48,629 nucleotides of DNA from positions 64,342,983-64,391,611 of the forward strand of contig NC_068990.1 in the NCBI RefSeq assembly GCF_001194135.2. Reading direction: 5' to 3'. Position numbers and translations under genes: made by a program. Under the pieces are notes generated by a model that saw only the letters and a program-made list of their open reading frames with translations, was not told the origin of the DNA and searched no databases. Shown here piece by piece: positions 46,724-48,629 of the stretch. Position 1 is the first letter of the stretch. Every line of letters starts with the position of its first letter. This DNA is from Octopus bimaculoides (Eukaryota).

Positions 46724-48277
46724 GTAAGGTAATATTTGTAGAAGATTTAAGGCAGCGAGCTGGCAGAATCATTAGCATATTGGACAATTTTGTCTGACTT
46801 TATGTTCTGAGTTAAAATTTTGCCAGGATCGAATTTGCCTTTCATCCTTTCAGGGTCGATAAGATAAGTACCAGTTGAAGACTGGAGTCAATTTAATCAA
46901 CTTATTCCTTCGCCCAAACCAGCTGGCTTTGTGGAAAAATTTGAAACCCATATTTGAGGAAAATTTTGCTGCTATTTCTTGCAGGTTGAGGAACTGAATA
47001 GAGGTTTCCTCTTTAGCTCATATGAATGAAGTGATTGTAATGTGGGTTGAGCAGCAAGGATCATGAGAATAGTGTTACAGATTAGGCAGTGAGTAGGCAG
47101 AATTGTTAGCACACTGGGCATAATACTTAGTAGCATTTCGTCTCTCCTTACATTCTGAGTTCAAATTCCACCAAGGTCAACTTTGCCTTTCATCCTTTTG
47201 AGGTTGATGAAATGAATTCCTGTTGAGCACTATAGTCGATGTAATTGATTAGTCCCCTCCCCCAAGTATCATGCCTTGTGCATTTAAGATTTAACTGTTG
47301 ATTCCAAGTTACTTCCAGCAATCAGTAAATGTTCTCATCTGTCTATCCATTTTACAGGTTTGTTTTAAGTGTTTTATTAATTTATTTTTAATTTAAGGCT
47401 ATTTTCTTCTCACCTGTAGAGTTTATTGTTTAACCCCTTAGAATTTGGATTGCTATATCAAATATCATGGTTTTTTTATTCACATTGTTTTGAATTAATT
47501 ATACATTATTTCATTGCTTGAAAATTTTGATGATATAATTGTATATTTTTAGAATGACATTGTAGAATAGGCAGTTGAGATCGGATCCGGCCAGTTTGAA
47601 CATAAAGCAGATGGGATATTTGGGCCAGATATGGCCAGTTTAAGTGCTAAAGTATTAAATCAGTTGTACACAAACCAACCAATCATTACTCGAAAAAAAG
47701 TCTGTGAAATTGCCTTGATGTTTTCCCATCCCTATGTCCTTATTACATCTACTTTCCTACCTTTCTATTTCCACTTTATCATTGACCTTCTGTGAAACTG
47801 CATCTGCTTGATCAACCATTCTTCTCATGTTGCAAACCTTTATTATCAAGTTATTGTTGTGCAGTTTCTTTTCACATTCCTTTTCTGTAAGTAACCCTCT
47901 CCTCAAGCTACCCTTTATGTCCACCTGAGCCAATCTTACATGTGTCTTTTTATTTCTTACTAACCTTACTAATTATCCCTCCCTGTTCATCTTACTCTAG
48001 GCACAATGTTTATGAATGAATGAAAAAAAAAAGAAAGGTAAAATGTAAAACATAATTACTGAAGCTATTTATAATCTCAGGGCTGAGTGTTGCACCATTT
48101 TGCTTTTGTTTAATAACCTCTGCAAACACATTTTCCAGCTTTGTGTGTTAAAGTATTAAGCAACATTCCTAGATTATTGTTGTTTCTTATAAAGGTAAAT
48201 AAGATGTTAACAAATGAAACCTGCAACATACTTTCAATTTCAGGGAAAATATGATAGCTGTAACTTCTTATATCCTC

Positions 48278-48629
48278 AAGCTGTTAGATCAGGTTATGAA
48301 AGTTACAGAGAGGGTCATAGCCCAACTAATTAGGGAGCGAATCAATTTAGATGAGATGCAGTTTGGGTTCGTGCCAGGTAAAAGCACTACTGATGCCTTA
48401 TTTCTAGTGAGACAGTTGCAGGAGAAATACCTAGCTAAGGATAAACCTCTGTACCTGGCTTTCGTTGACATGGAGAAAGCCTTTGACAGGGTCCCCCGAT
48501 CCCTTATCTGGTGGTCAATGAGGAAACTTGGGATAGAAGAATGGTTAGTGAGAGCTGTGCGAGCCATGTACAGAGATGCTGCCAGTAAGGTGAGGGTTGG
48601 AAATGAGTACAGTAATGAATTCCGGGTAG
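48278..48629 (+). mobile_element. RTE LINE reverse transcriptase, 5'-truncated, uninterrupted frame running off the window
   Basis: The frame from 48281 reads LLDQVMKVTERVIAQLIRERINLDEMQFGFVPGKSTTDALFLVRQLQEKY...LAFVDMEKAFDRVPR, with no stop to the window end. Confidence 0.95.

Overview
AT-rich, microsatellite-dense eukaryotic genomic DNA with many N gaps. The repeat families (tRNA-derived CORE/Meta-type SINEs, RTE LINEs with (GAT)n tails) look like those of octopus genomes; that assignment is an inference from memory. Two host genes appear to diverge from a CpG-rich promoter zone at about 33.8-34.1 kb. On the + strand is the first coding exon of syntaxin-6/10 (MPLEDPFFVVR, 34051-34085). On the - strand is an unidentified gene assembled by hand from 8 phase-compatible exons (23113 down to 3752, 238 aa, start not resolved). 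The rest is transposon debris: a Tc1 with DD36E spacing, mariner remnants, hAT and piggyBac-type MITEs, RTE, CR1, R4/Dong-like, I/Jockey-like and Penelope-like elements. The most striking signal is four sequence-unrelated, ORF-less head-to-head palindromes (1548-2005, 2613-3219, 5066-5310, 11592-12214). Their arms each carry a minimal hammerhead ribozyme (or most of one) reading outward. One has tRNA-derived Pol III promoter units at its centre, one has about 9 copies of a 16-mer at its centre, and one family is physically linked to a Penelope GIY-YIG ORF remnant at 16.8-17.8 kb. All motif calls were made by eye and coordinates of degenerate repeats are approximate.
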